A stretch of 64,000 nt of DNA from an uncultured bacterium (GTDB taxonomy: Bacteria; Chlamydiota; Chlamydiia; Chlamydiales; SM23-39), in the NCBI GenBank assembly GCA_963716985.1, contig OY970323.1, positions 1,760,001 to 1,824,000 of the forward strand, read 5' to 3'. The notes under the pieces are model-generated. The model had not been told where the DNA came from. It saw only the letters and a program-made list of their open reading frames with translations, and made no database searches. Made by a program: the position numbers and the translations under genes. Shown piece after piece: positions 10,232 to 20,617 of the stretch. Each line of letters begins with the position of its first letter. Within the stretch, counting starts at the first letter, position 1.

Positions 10232-12283
10232 ATGGTCCTTGGAGCTGCAGAAATTGTGCGATGGCTTGAAACAGCTGGAAAAAAAATTGCTGCCGGCGAT
10301 ATCGTTCCGCGCCCATTTCTCGAAAGAATAGAACAAAGGGTTGAGCGACTTACTCGCAAACAATGCTCTCGCGAGGATCTTAAAAAAATTGTCCAAGTGC
10401 AAGAGATTGCATCTGGACTTCTTTCTCCCAGTCTTCCTAGGTTATCTTTTCAAACCAACACCTCCCTTCCTCAAGAGCCACTATTTCCTACCTTTCGATC
10501 CGGATGGGTATCCTGGCTCGCGCAAGGACTCCTCTTTCAAGGGATGATCTCGAACAAACTCACATTGCTTCTTTCTCCACCCCCTTCCAATAAATCCACC
10601 AAAGCTATCGTGGCACCTAGGGTCACGCAAAGCACAGAAGGGTTTTTAATACCAACACAAACCAAACATTTTCTCCCACCTCTCTCAGCCAGCGCAAAAG
10701 CGACACTCTCAAGTCCATTGTCGTCAAAATCCACAGAGAAGCAACCAAAAGCTACCCCTGCAACGACTTCGCTTTTTCAGCCAGTATATGATTTCTTCAA
10801 CTGGATTCGAGGAGTTCCTGCTCTCAGGAACAGAAATCGTCTTGTCAATGATTGTCCCGACCTACACAGAAATCAACTTGATTTCATGGAAGAGGAGGCG
10901 CTTAAGCTCGATTCTTCGTGGAAGAGTGGGGGAGTAGATTTTTCGAGTGCTCAAGAATGGTTGCGATTTCGGGAAGATGATAGACGCAGCAAGTTGCTTT
11001 ATGTTGTCGCGAAATATGACCCGAGCAGGGGGTTATTCCCAGGAAACCAGAGTCAATTATTGCTACCCTTAAGCAAGGCTTACGATATAAAATATGTTGT
11101 TGTTCGAAAGTTCGGAGAAATTTGCAACGAAATCGACCCAGCAAGTCAAACCGGGAAAGTAGCTCATCTCATTATTGACGGACATGGTGACCAAAAGCAC
11201 ATTTATCTTGATTTTCACACAGGTTTTTTTACTCTCAACAACTGGGATCTCATTTCTCGGAAGTCAAGCTTTTCAGAATGTTTTTCTAGAATAGCCCCTG
11301 AAGGGAAAATACTTCTTCTTAGCTGCAATGCAGGCAAATCTCAAAACGGTGATCCTTATAACAACATTGCTTCCACGATTGCAATCAAAACGATGCGAAC
11401 TGTGATTGCTTCTACTGATTTGGTGTACGGAAGTCGGGTTAGTGTCTCATCCACTCAAGAACTAAACTTGGATCATGATAATTATAATCCTTTTTATTTT
11501 TGGGGAAATTATCCAGTAGTTACCGCATATGGACCGATGAATGCCCATTTCCGATCTTTTTATCCTCAATATCCTGGTTGTGACGATGTGTCTGAGAATC
11601 AGCTCCATCCACAGGAGCGCTTGGTTCTTAAGTCTGTCCAAGGCGAACTCGTTAGAAGAGGCTTTTTATGGGAATCTTCTTCTTTACGAGATGTGCAGGA
11701 TTATTTTCGCTTTTGCAATGCTGATCCCAAACGAAAATTGCTTTATCTTCATGCGCCTTTTGAGTTTAGCAAAAGACCTCAACCGAGCCATATCTCTTCT
11801 TTTTTGGTCCAGCTTGCTGACAAGTTTGATTTGAGATTTAAGTTAGTGCAGGAAGAGCGAGAAATTTGCGATGAAGTCAGACAAGCTGTAAAGACCCAAA
11901 ACTTAGCAGCAGTTTTGATTCATTCTCCCGGCAATCCTGACAAACTAAGTTTGCCAGAAAACCCTTTAAGTAGGTGGCGAAAAGCTTACGAAACCATCTT
12001 TGGCGGATCTGAAACTTTTCCTGATTGCCTTGCCGAAATTCCATCTTCTGCCTACATCATCCTTGTAGGTGGATCTACGGGAGCAGACCCAAGCGAAGAG
12101 TTTACAGAAAATCTAGCAACACAAATTGCCCGTAAAGTGCAAAGAACAGTCATTGCTCCCACATCTCTTACTGATGCAAGCAAGCTCACGCTAAGATCCC
12201 ACGACCCTATAGAAATTTATCATCCTTCTATAGGACATTTATTTGATTCGGATACAAACATCTTTAGAAGATTTGATCCCTAA
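10232..12283 (+). CDS. hypothetical protein with Ser/Pro/Thr-rich linker and two tandem caspase-fold/DUF4347-like domains
   Basis: Internal duplication. Domain 1 has HLIIDGHG...ILLLSCNAG; domain 2 has VLIHSPG...IILVGGSTG. Confidence 0.65.
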   Translation: MVLGAAEIVRWLETAGKKIAAGDIVPRPFLERIEQRVERLTRKQCSREDLKKIVQVQEIASGLLSPSLPRLSFQTNTSLPQEPLFPTFRSGWVSWLAQGLLFQGMISNKLTLLLSPPPSNKSTKAIVAPRVTQSTEGFLIPTQTKHFLPPLSASAKATLSSPLSSKSTEKQPKATPATTSLFQPVYDFFNWIRGVPALRNRNRLVNDCPDLHRNQLDFMEEEALKLDSSWKSGGVDFSSAQEWLRFREDDRRSKLLYVVAKYDPSRGLFPGNQSQLLLPLSKAYDIKYVVVRKFGEICNEIDPASQTGKVAHLIIDGHGDQKHIYLDFHTGFFTLNNWDLISRKSSFSECFSRIAPEGKILLLSCNAGKSQNGDPYNNIASTIAIKTMRTVIASTDLVYGSRVSVSSTQELNLDHDNYNPFYFWGNYPVVTAYGPMNAHFRSFYPQYPGCDDVSENQLHPQERLVLKSVQGELVRRGFLWESSSLRDVQDYFRFCNADPKRKLLYLHAPFEFSKRPQPSHISSFLVQLADKFDLRFKLVQEEREICDEVRQAVKTQNLAAVLIHSPGNPDKLSLPENPLSRWRKAYETIFGGSETFPDCLAEIPSSAYIILVGGSTGADPSEEFTENLATQIARKVQRTVIAPTSLTDASKLTLRSHDPIEIYHPSIGHLFDSDTNIFRRFDP

Positions 12284-12347
12284 AGGAAAAGGAATGAACC
12301 CATGTCTCTCAAAAAAATTTTTCTTTCAGTAGAAAGATACAACTTCG

Positions 12348-14313
12348 GGCTATTCGTTTAATTTCGTCCAGTTGGTAGCTTAAGCCGCCTGCTTTTCCAT
12401 GCCATTTTTTGCCCGTCTCTTGTGATTTTTTCTGGGTCTCGGCAATTCCACCTTATCTAATAACCATGTGAACAGATCTCGAGGTTTTTGTTCGAAAAAC
12501 CTTTCTGCCGCAGTAGTGCCATCCGCTCGTCGTATAAAAAAATTGTGCAACACTGTTAAGACCGTGAGTGTATGTGCAGTCAATCGCCGAAATGCATGGA
12601 ATTTTAATGACAACTGGCCATTTCTACCCTCCACACATGAGCTCGATCGTTGAAAAATTTGGGCGCATTCCAAGGCTCTACGCCACCATTCTACCTGCAT
12701 AGAGCAATTTATTCCGCCCCATAACAGATTCTGTTTGAGGCCTTCTTCCAATTTGCGTAAAGTTGTCTTTATCGCTTCTTTTCGGACCTTCTTTTTAGTT
12801 CTTTGCAAACAGAGCTTTAAGTACTCTATCGCAACAAGCTTCTCGAATAACTGCCCATGCCACTCATCTAGTCCCATAGACTTGATTTGGACTGCAAGGA
12901 AGGAAAAGAAAAAACACAGCACGGCAATCATAGAGAGCAGCGATCCCTTGGATTTTTCCAGTTTTTTCTTTTGCTTGTCTGTGCAATCAGCCTCTTTGGC
13001 TACAGTTTCAAGCGTCTCGTAGGCAGTCTCAATCTTCGCTTTAACCTCCTCTGGAGCCTGCTTATCTCCTGTATCTAAACTGAAGGGATGATAAGCATGA
13101 GTGATGGCTCGTCTTGCTTCCTGAGCCATTCTATACTGCTTTTCGGTTGCCTCTATTTTCTTGCGATTCGCTTTTTCCTCTTTTTCTATTTCAAGAAGCC
13201 GATTTCCCACATTTATCCCTCTCTTAGATAGCTCTTCAACCCCACCTGCACGTTTCAACTGATCTCCAAATTTATTCAACGCTTCAAGTTTTTCTTTTTG
13301 CAAATCCTCTTGTTGCTTCTTCACTTGCTGGACAGTTCTTGCCAAGTGGCTTGTAAGTCCCTTGGTGATCTCTTGTTGGACATGAAAAAGATCCGAGCCC
13401 TTTATGACGTTCAGTGAATGGGTGGCAAGTTTTTTGAGTCCTGATGCCTCATCTCCCACTAACTGATATAAAGTGACATTCAATCCCTTGAGAGCAGATT
13501 GCGTGACCTTATGCCAGGTCTCAGCATCTCTTTGTTCTTCAAGCTGCTCTGCTAAAATATAGCCAGAGATCGGCTCCATCAAGATGAGAGTCATATCATC
13601 CATTATAAAGTTTTCATCAAGAGCTCCTGGGATGTTTTTATGTGGCATTTGTTTTGCAAGCCTTTCGAACTCTTCCTTCCCAAATACTGCCACCTGTTGG
13701 CCGAGCGTCTTGCAAACCTTCTGCAATGCAGACTCAGAGGTCCCTACAAATGTGTTTATATCAACTCTTTCAAAAAAATCATGGAGCTCTGGAATACCGC
13801 TATTTCCATTCAGATGGAAATGCATACAAGTGGCTAAAACCATATTATGCAACCAGGTTTGTCCGGAGGGAGATTCGAAAAAATGTACGACAGCCGGATC
13901 TCGCCTTCCATTAAGTGCTTTCTTCCGATCGATCCAGTGTTGCAAGGAAGTTCTGGGAATGTTATATTTTTTAGCTAGATTGCGCTGAGATAGGCCTCTT
14001 GCTTCATCTATAACCTTAGCCTGCGTGGATCGACCGATGATGCAATATTTTCTGGGCTTTTTTGCTTCCGTTTGACATGCTGTTTCCATAAGGCTTGCTC
14101 TTTCTTTATTTTTTTGTCCAAAAAAATTTTACTGAGCAAGTCCTTTTTATTTAAATATTTAAATGTCAGTTTCTGGAGAAATCAAGCTTGTGGGGAATCT
14201 CGGCAGAATCCTAGATAGCGTTCAACAGAAAAGAATCCCAAGAGACGGGCAAAAAATAGCATGGAAAAGCAAGCGGCTTAAGCTACCAACTGGACGAAAT
14301 TAAACGAATAGCC
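12348..14313 (-). mobile_element. complete ~1.97-kb insertion sequence with DUF6399 transposase-like gene
   Basis: TIRs 12348-12430 / 14231-14313 (83 bp, 4 mismatches, first 41 bp perfect); direct repeat CAACTTCG at 12340-12347 and 14314-14321. Confidence 0.93.
12380..14089 (-). CDS. DUF6399-family transposase-like protein
   Basis: N-terminal HTH; ALDENF, LVGDEA, DLFHVQQE, QRSSSCVEGRNG, RADGTTAAERFF; lies between TIRs. Confidence 0.85.
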   Translation of the reverse strand: METACQTEAKKPRKYCIIGRSTQAKVIDEARGLSQRNLAKKYNIPRTSLQHWIDRKKALNGRRDPAVVHFFESPSGQTWLHNMVLATCMHFHLNGNSGIPELHDFFERVDINTFVGTSESALQKVCKTLGQQVAVFGKEEFERLAKQMPHKNIPGALDENFIMDDMTLILMEPISGYILAEQLEEQRDAETWHKVTQSALKGLNVTLYQLVGDEASGLKKLATHSLNVIKGSDLFHVQQEITKGLTSHLARTVQQVKKQQEDLQKEKLEALNKFGDQLKRAGGVEELSKRGINVGNRLLEIEKEEKANRKKIEATEKQYRMAQEARRAITHAYHPFSLDTGDKQAPEEVKAKIETAYETLETVAKEADCTDKQKKKLEKSKGSLLSMIAVLCFFFSFLAVQIKSMGLDEWHGQLFEKLVAIEYLKLCLQRTKKKVRKEAIKTTLRKLEEGLKQNLLWGGINCSMQVEWWRRALECAQIFQRSSSCVEGRNGQLSLKFHAFRRLTAHTLTVLTVLHNFFIRRADGTTAAERFFEQKPRDLFTWLLDKVELPRPRKNHKRRAKNGMEKQAA

Positions 14314-15373
14314 CAACTTCGTGGATCAAAATTTTTCTGAAAACAAAAAAGAAGTTTTGCTTCATGCGTTCATTGCAACCATCAGCATTGTAGCTCTAGG
14401 CATCTTAGTAAGCTATCCTATCACCCTCGCAACAGGCTTATCTATAGGATTGCTTTCTATTTGCGCTGTTTCTTCTAGTGTTTTCCTTGCGACCAAACTG
14501 TTGCAAAATCCTCCTTCGCCGAAAAGTTTTCTTTTCAAACCAGCTAGTAAGATAAAAGCTTGGATTAAAAACCATCCATATCTCTTCCTCTCCTCAGTAA
14601 TATTCTCTGCAGCAATTCTGGTCACAGTGACTTACCAAGTCTTCGGAAAAGATAGCCGGCCATTGCTAGACAATTGCTTTCCTGAAGGTAAGAGAGTAGC
14701 AGGGTTGAAAAAAGCAATCTTTGATCTCCACAGAATGATCAATTGGTTCGAAAGAAGAACTTGTATTTTATTCTTCGATCCACCTAGACCTCCTTTTGAA
14801 GAACAGATCGGACCAATTAATAACTCCTCTTCCTTAGCTCAAAATCAAAAGTTTTATGATAGTATAACTTATTCTAATGCCAAGACCATTGTCGATCACT
14901 TTCAGCAACAGATTGGCTGGCATACACAACGCACATGCATTCGCATTCTAAATCCTATAGGAGAAGATTTTAATTATATCGAGAAGTTAAAAGAAATCGC
15001 CAAAGTCACCTTCTGTAGGTAACAAGGAGGTAGCAAAGAAATGTTTCCTTCAATTTGAGATTTAACATCGAACACCCAGAGATATTAACATTTTTTACCA
15101 CAAACCACTGTAAATCAATCAACTGACAACCTGTCAGAAAACAGCTATTTTAACAATAACTCTTTCAGGAAATTAACTTTATGCAATTTTTTCTCTACGT
15201 TTGAGAGCATCAGAATTCCAGGGCGATTGCACGATAAATTTCTTGACTCGGTCTTCTCAAAGACGATTCGCCAAAAACCAGAGATGGTAAGCACTTACTT
15301 TCAGAACTGCTAAATCGGGGGAGTTCTCTATGAAAAGTCCTGTCAAGAAATTGATCATGAACTTTAATAAAAG

Positions 15374-16351
15374 TTAAATCATTTGACGCAATTTTAAAAC
15401 TGACACTGTATTGTTCACTAGATGAAGGGTCGTTGAAGCCCAAAGATCTCCGGTTGTTTCTTTTAGAATCGACATAATCATCCCCATAAGAGTAATGACC
15501 AGCATAACCGGTACATTTGTCCACGCCATCGCAGGAGATAAATGGACAACACCAAAAATCAATGAAACTTTCAAAATTGTTTTTATTTTTTCCCGACTCA
15601 AAGAACCTGGATGACCCGCTTTTATTTCTGCCAATGATTTTTGAGTTTTGAAGCACTTTTCATATAATCTACCTATAAAACCTTTCTTAAGACTTGCTTT
15701 TTCTTGCGCATGTTCTTGTGCTGTAACCTCAAAATAATTATGAAGACAACCTCTAAATATGTATTCTTCGATGATAGGAGCTCCAACTGCGCCATAGAGA
15801 CTCATAAGGAGGCCGATTATGCTATTATCTTTCATCAAAGTAACAACACTTTGTTCTTCAGTTATGGAAATGTTGAAATATTTTTTCAAGACAGAAGATA
15901 TCTCATTTTCTATTAGAGGCTCTAAGCGACCAAAAATTAAGAAAACGACAACTCCCATTAATATTTTAAAACTCACTTTAATTATGGAGTCTATAGGAAA
16001 GGTTTCGTTTCGACTTGGAAGGGCTTTTTTTTCGAGCAATTTTCTTACACCACTTTCCATGGCTTTCAGAAAAACAATACCTGCAAGAACTTGAAAAATT
16101 ATTTCAGAGATCCCGAATGAAAAAAATACCGCAGCAGAAAATAAGGTCATTATTGAGAGATTGATGAGATTTTTTTTGGAAAAAAAATCTTCAAAAACAC
16201 TGCTTATTAGATTTTTGGAAAAATTGGCTGTGCAAATAAAAGGAGCTATAACCGCTTCTTTAATTTTTTCAATAGTAGACAATTCCGCTTCCGGACGAGA
16301 AAATGGATTGATGCCGTGAATAAATTTTGAAATCGAAAATGTAATCATCAT
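15374..16351 (-). CDS. CPBP (CAAX protease/Abi) family intramembrane metalloprotease
   Basis: PIIEEYIFRG, SLIFGVVH, TLHLVNN motifs; multiple TM helices. Confidence 0.87.
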   Translation of the reverse strand: MMITFSISKFIHGINPFSRPEAELSTIEKIKEAVIAPFICTANFSKNLISSVFEDFFSKKNLINLSIMTLFSAAVFFSFGISEIIFQVLAGIVFLKAMESGVRKLLEKKALPSRNETFPIDSIIKVSFKILMGVVVFLIFGRLEPLIENEISSVLKKYFNISITEEQSVVTLMKDNSIIGLLMSLYGAVGAPIIEEYIFRGCLHNYFEVTAQEHAQEKASLKKGFIGRLYEKCFKTQKSLAEIKAGHPGSLSREKIKTILKVSLIFGVVHLSPAMAWTNVPVMLVITLMGMIMSILKETTGDLWASTTLHLVNNTVSVLKLRQMI

Positions 16352-16443
16352 GTTCTTTTGCCTTTTTTTCAAATGAAAAAATAATAAAAAATCAAATAGA
16401 AGTCCAGGTCAAAAGCCGCATTCCCGCCCCTATTGAATGATCT

Positions 16444-18219
16444 TCAGGTATTCGAGAAAACTGCCAAGTGATCTTTGACCGATAGGTGCATGCGTTGCCA
16501 TTTTTCTTTGCGCCTCTGAAATGAACAGTTGCTCAAAGGATCCTTGTGAGAATCCGGATATTTTCTCTCTAAAACGCGCTCGATCGCAGCGGGAAGATCG
16601 GAGAGAAAATAGAGAAAGGCATCCTCCTCTTTCAGGTCCATATCCGCAAGAATCATCGCGCTTGTCTCAAAAGAATCCCTCCCGTCGATTCCCTCTTTTT
16701 CGATCCCTTCCAACTCGGACAAAATTTTTGCAATCAGCTGTTCGCATCGTACAAAGCTTTTCTTTAACCGTTTTTTAAAACGATCCATTTTTTTGTCTGT
16801 TTCTCGTGCAAAACGCGTCCTTTCCATCTCAGCGTGAAGAAATGCTGTTATATCCATGCTTTGCAACAGCTCTTTTTGCAAAAGATCCGGCAAGGAAGCA
16901 TAGGGAATTCCGGCAATGGAGAGGCCTTTTGCCGATGTATTGAAAAAACGCGTCTTGGGAAACTCTTTGGCATAAGAAGAGATCGCATCGGTCTCCATGA
17001 GCCATTTGGTAGAGGTGTGGATTTGTTTTCCATCGAGGCTTCTTCTTTCAAAGATGCGATCGCTTACGATCTTTTTTCCCTCGACCTCTTCAATCCATGC
17101 GCGATTGTCCGCAACGATTCCTTCTGCATAGCGCTTCTGATCTCTATAGGAGAGGTCCACGCCGCACAAAAGGATCGGATCGCATCCCAAAAAACGGGCA
17201 AGGGCAATTGCAATGGTGGTCACGGAAAGAGCTTCTTGAGAGAGCTTTTCTCCGATAAGGTTTTCTTTCTGAATGCGCAGATTTTCATCCATCCAAAGCT
17301 CCTCAAGGCCACCGATTGCAGAGCGCATATATCCCAACGGGCCATTGAAAGTGGAAAAGGATCGAGAAAATAAACGCGTGGCAAAGAAAAAGGGTATTTC
17401 CCAAGCAAAGGAGGATTTCATGCGAAGATACTCTTCAAAATTGGGATCAAAAGCCATTGCGATATGGGGAAAAACGCCGTGCGAAGAGAGCGCCGCGATG
17501 GCCGATCCCCCGGCCATGACCAGTGCTCTATTTTTAACATCCGGAAGAAGTTCTAAAACATCCTGCAAAGAGGGGCCGGCGCCGCAGATGATGGCAGGAA
17601 TCCCCTTCCAGCGCCCCTGCATCCTGTTCACTAGGGACGAAGAGGCAATTTTCCGAGCGTTGGGGAAAAAGTTTGAGAAATGGCGATGGGAAAACAGAGC
17701 ATCGTAAAGAAAGGCCTCAGACAGCGTCGTTTTCCGAAAAAGCTGCAGTTTGATTTTGGCAGCCCTCTCTTCATCATAGGGAGGGACAAACATCAGCTCG
17801 AGATGATTCATGGGGAATTTTTTTGCCACCTCTTCCAAAACATCTTCCCGCACTTCCTTTGGCGTTAAAAATATGTGGACGCGCGGATGGGACAAGCACT
17901 CGTTTGCAATATTCGTTGTAAGAAATCGGCCCAAGCGGACGGGATTTTCTTCGAGGAAAACAAGCTGTCTGTCTGTCTTTTCTTCCAGCCACTTTTTAAA
18001 TAGAAGATAGGGTTGTCCAAGCGCCGTTCCATAAACATAGAGAAGATCGATTTTCTCTAAAGAAAGCAAAGAGGCTCTTTTTTTCATCCCTTCAAGATCG
18101 AAATCCTTCCGACCAGAAAAAGAGCGTCCTTTTTCAAGCTCGGAAAGATAAAAAAAACCTTCAGGAGTGCGGTTTAAAAAAATCTGTCGGTTTTTGTTAA
18201 AAATTTCCGATCTTCTCAT
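16444..18219 (-). CDS. motility-associated-factor (Maf/DUF115) glycosyltransferase-like protein
   Basis: PAIICGAGPSL, MAGGSA, ARFLGCDPILLCGVDLSY. Confidence 0.82.
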   Translation of the reverse strand: MRRSEIFNKNRQIFLNRTPEGFFYLSELEKGRSFSGRKDFDLEGMKKRASLLSLEKIDLLYVYGTALGQPYLLFKKWLEEKTDRQLVFLEENPVRLGRFLTTNIANECLSHPRVHIFLTPKEVREDVLEEVAKKFPMNHLELMFVPPYDEERAAKIKLQLFRKTTLSEAFLYDALFSHRHFSNFFPNARKIASSSLVNRMQGRWKGIPAIICGAGPSLQDVLELLPDVKNRALVMAGGSAIAALSSHGVFPHIAMAFDPNFEEYLRMKSSFAWEIPFFFATRLFSRSFSTFNGPLGYMRSAIGGLEELWMDENLRIQKENLIGEKLSQEALSVTTIAIALARFLGCDPILLCGVDLSYRDQKRYAEGIVADNRAWIEEVEGKKIVSDRIFERRSLDGKQIHTSTKWLMETDAISSYAKEFPKTRFFNTSAKGLSIAGIPYASLPDLLQKELLQSMDITAFLHAEMERTRFARETDKKMDRFKKRLKKSFVRCEQLIAKILSELEGIEKEGIDGRDSFETSAMILADMDLKEEDAFLYFLSDLPAAIERVLERKYPDSHKDPLSNCSFQRRKEKWQRMHLSVKDHLAVFSNT

Positions 18220-19058
18220 GAAAAGGCTCTCTTTTTCTCGCTCCAGTGCAGAACCTTTTCAATCCAATTTCCCTTTTCTTTCTTTTTTTCCACTACTTTT
18301 TCCCGATCGATAAAACGCCTTTCATAGAAGAGATTGCCCTCCTCATCATAGAGCCTCTTATCAAAACGCTCACCGGTATGATAGAAAAGCTCCTCTTGCA
18401 ACATTCCCATTTCATTCCATCTCCGATGCCATCCAATGGGAAGATTGTTCCTATAGGCGCCCTCATCGAGCAAAACTCCCTCTTCGCTCCAAATACGGTC
18501 CCGCCCTTCTCGTTTTCCCTTTAAAAAAAAGGTCTCTCTTTTCACGGTCCCGTTCGGCCAAAAAAGAAGACATTTCCCATGCAGCTTTCCCTCCTTAAAG
18601 GGAATCAACGACCGCTTCGTTTGATCCTCGTAATAATATGTCTGCTCTCCTTCCAACCGGTCCGACCGATAGATTTCCTCTGCATAAAGGCTCAAAGACG
18701 CGTAATATTTACAGCTTTTCCCCTCTCTTTTGCCGTGGCAAAACAAACCTTCGGCAAGAATCTTTCCCTCTTCAGAATAAAAGGTCGAGGGGCCATGCAA
18801 AACACCCTCTTCATAAAACATGCGCCCCTGGACATTTCCCGAGGTGTAAAAAATAAGACACTCTCCATGCATCTTTCCCTTTTTTTCCAAAAAAACTCGT
18901 CTCTTCTTTCCCTTTTCATCTCTTTCCATGCGAATGACCAACTCTCCTACCTGGAGGTTATCTCTGATCTCCTTCGGAAGATAGAGCAAAGAATCTTTCT
19001 CGTGTTTGCGCACCTGTTTTCCATCCATCTTTCGCTGTCTACTCTTACTTTTTTTCAT
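18216..19058 (-). CDS. MORN-variant repeat protein (YwqK-like)
   Basis: Repeated (L/R)(H/E)G-x4-(Y/F/W)-x-x-x-G units. Confidence 0.85.
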   Translation of the reverse strand: MKKSKSRQRKMDGKQVRKHEKDSLLYLPKEIRDNLQVGELVIRMERDEKGKKRRVFLEKKGKMHGECLIFYTSGNVQGRMFYEEGVLHGPSTFYSEEGKILAEGLFCHGKREGKSCKYYASLSLYAEEIYRSDRLEGEQTYYYEDQTKRSLIPFKEGKLHGKCLLFWPNGTVKRETFFLKGKREGRDRIWSEEGVLLDEGAYRNNLPIGWHRRWNEMGMLQEELFYHTGERFDKRLYDEEGNLFYERRFIDREKVVEKKKEKGNWIEKVLHWSEKKRAFS

Positions 19059-20617
19059 AAGGTCCTCCCGAGCCTTTCGACCATCTTTTGGTAATCGGCT
19101 ACCACTCTTTTTAAAAAAAGGATCCGATGCAACGTAAGTTCTTGCACGGAGGCATTTTTTTCAAAAAGGGGAAGCCAGATCCTCCAAAGGGGCGCTACAA
19201 GCAGCTCGTAGCTTTTTTCTTTGAGAAGAGTCTCTTCGATTTCTTCAAAAGAAATGGTATTCCTCTCTTTGCCGCGAGCGATCTCTTTGTCTAAAACATC
19301 GGCTACGTTAGACAGGCTTTTCTGAAATCTCTTTACAAGCAAAACCACCCTCTTTTTGGAAAGGAGGGTAGAGGGTATATTTGTTAGTAGGGCATGTATT
19401 TTTCCCGATAGATCGCTAGAATCTGTCCATTGTTTCGAAAGACTCAAGAGAGATCGGTTTTCCACTCCCTGGAAGGAAAGCCCCCGGCTTGCATCGATCA
19501 GCAAAGACTCTCTTTTCCTGGCAAACTCCTCGATCCAGTTGCGTGCAAGCAGCCAGTCCTTTTGCGTCCACACCTTTTTTCCCCTCCGATCCTTAGTAGA
19601 AAGAAACTCTCTTTTTACACCTCTCTCAACGAGAACACCTCCTGCATAGGGCTTTTTCTCGAAAGAAAAATCCATTCCTACCATGATGATCGGATCGCAC
19701 CCCAGAAAGTCTGCCAAAGAGAGCAAAAAGGTCGCCACCGTCCAGCCTCCGTCGAAAAAGCCGGAGGCAATTGTTAAATTTTCATCGATCCACTTTTCAA
19801 AAGGCAGCTGGGAATATCCTCCCACTCGTATCAGCGGCGCATGCACGAGAGAAAGGTTTAGTGAAGAGATTTGATTTTGAAAGAAAAAAGGAGTTTCAAA
19901 GGAGGCCTGCATCAAAAACCTCTCATGGGGCGACTCCTTATCCACGCTAGCAGCAAAATGAAAGGGAACTGCATTGGCAGAAAGAACATTCAGCGCGCTC
20001 CCCCCCCCAAAAATAAGCGCATGATTTTTCAATTTTTTGAGAAGGGGCAAATTCTCCTTTAACGAAGGACTTGCCCCGCAAACAATGGCGGGAATCTTAG
20101 AAAAAGCTCCTCGCAAATGGGAAAAATCCTTGACCTCTTTTAAGTGCAAAAGATTGTGAAAAACATTGGAAAAAAAGCGCACTCCAAAATCACTAAATTC
20201 AGCTAAGGTGAGCTCCACGCCCATGGAAATCACTTCCAAAAGAGAGGAGATCTCTTCAAACCTTTTTTTCTTTTTCTCCGGCAGAAAAGAGATGAGCTCT
20301 TTTTGAGAAAAAAGAGAGTTCCAGCAAATTTTTTTCAGCAGCGGCTCTAGTTGCAGGGTTGATTCTAAAAAATGGATCTCCACTTGAGGATCTTCGAACA
20401 AAAGAGAGCCATTTGCAATTTTCAAAAAATCCTGTCTGACTTGCGGATCCTCTTCAATGAAAACACAAAGCCGCTCCCTTTTTTCTGCAACCCATTTTTT
20501 AGCCGCAAAGTAGGCCTCTTCGGAAAAACCATAGACGCACAGAAGGCCTCCCTCTTTCATTTCCTTTTTTTGAAAAAAAGAAGCGATCGGATTTTTTTGC
20601 TTATTGGGTTTTCGCAT
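19055..20617 (-). CDS. second Maf/DUF115 glycosyltransferase-like protein
   Basis: PAIVCGASPSL, FGGGSA, ADFLGCDPIIMVGMDFSF; paralogue of 16444-18219. Confidence 0.82.
   Translation of the reverse strand: MRKPNKQKNPIASFFQKKEMKEGGLLCVYGFSEEAYFAAKKWVAEKRERLCVFIEEDPQVRQDFLKIANGSLLFEDPQVEIHFLESTLQLEPLLKKICWNSLFSQKELISFLPEKKKKRFEEISSLLEVISMGVELTLAEFSDFGVRFFSNVFHNLLHLKEVKDFSHLRGAFSKIPAIVCGASPSLKENLPLLKKLKNHALIFGGGSALNVLSANAVPFHFAASVDKESPHERFLMQASFETPFFFQNQISSLNLSLVHAPLIRVGGYSQLPFEKWIDENLTIASGFFDGGWTVATFLLSLADFLGCDPIIMVGMDFSFEKKPYAGGVLVERGVKREFLSTKDRRGKKVWTQKDWLLARNWIEEFARKRESLLIDASRGLSFQGVENRSLLSLSKQWTDSSDLSGKIHALLTNIPSTLLSKKRVVLLVKRFQKSLSNVADVLDKEIARGKERNTISFEEIEETLLKEKSYELLVAPLWRIWLPLFEKNASVQELTLHRILFLKRVVADYQKMVERLGRTL

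Larger units (their letters stand above)
12302..15022 (+). pseudogene. membrane protein gene interrupted by the IS (5' part 12302-12347, 3' part 14321-15022)
   Basis: Removing the IS and one TSD joins MSLKKIFLSVERYNF in frame to VDQNFSENKK; three hydrophobic segments follow. Confidence 0.8.

Noticed and set aside
10128..10331. Possible frameshifted 5' extension of the 10232 gene (MTTLNATEL..., A-run near 10185)
   Set aside because: Plausible but unsupported without homologues or reads.
15374..16351. Functional link between the CAAX-protease-family gene and the CaaX-bearing LRR protein
   Set aside because: They are ~39 kb apart and bacterial CPBP proteins are widespread; nothing in the sequence links them.
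18216..19058. YwqK antitoxin of a TA system
   Set aside because: Generic MORN-type repeat protein with no adjacent toxin.
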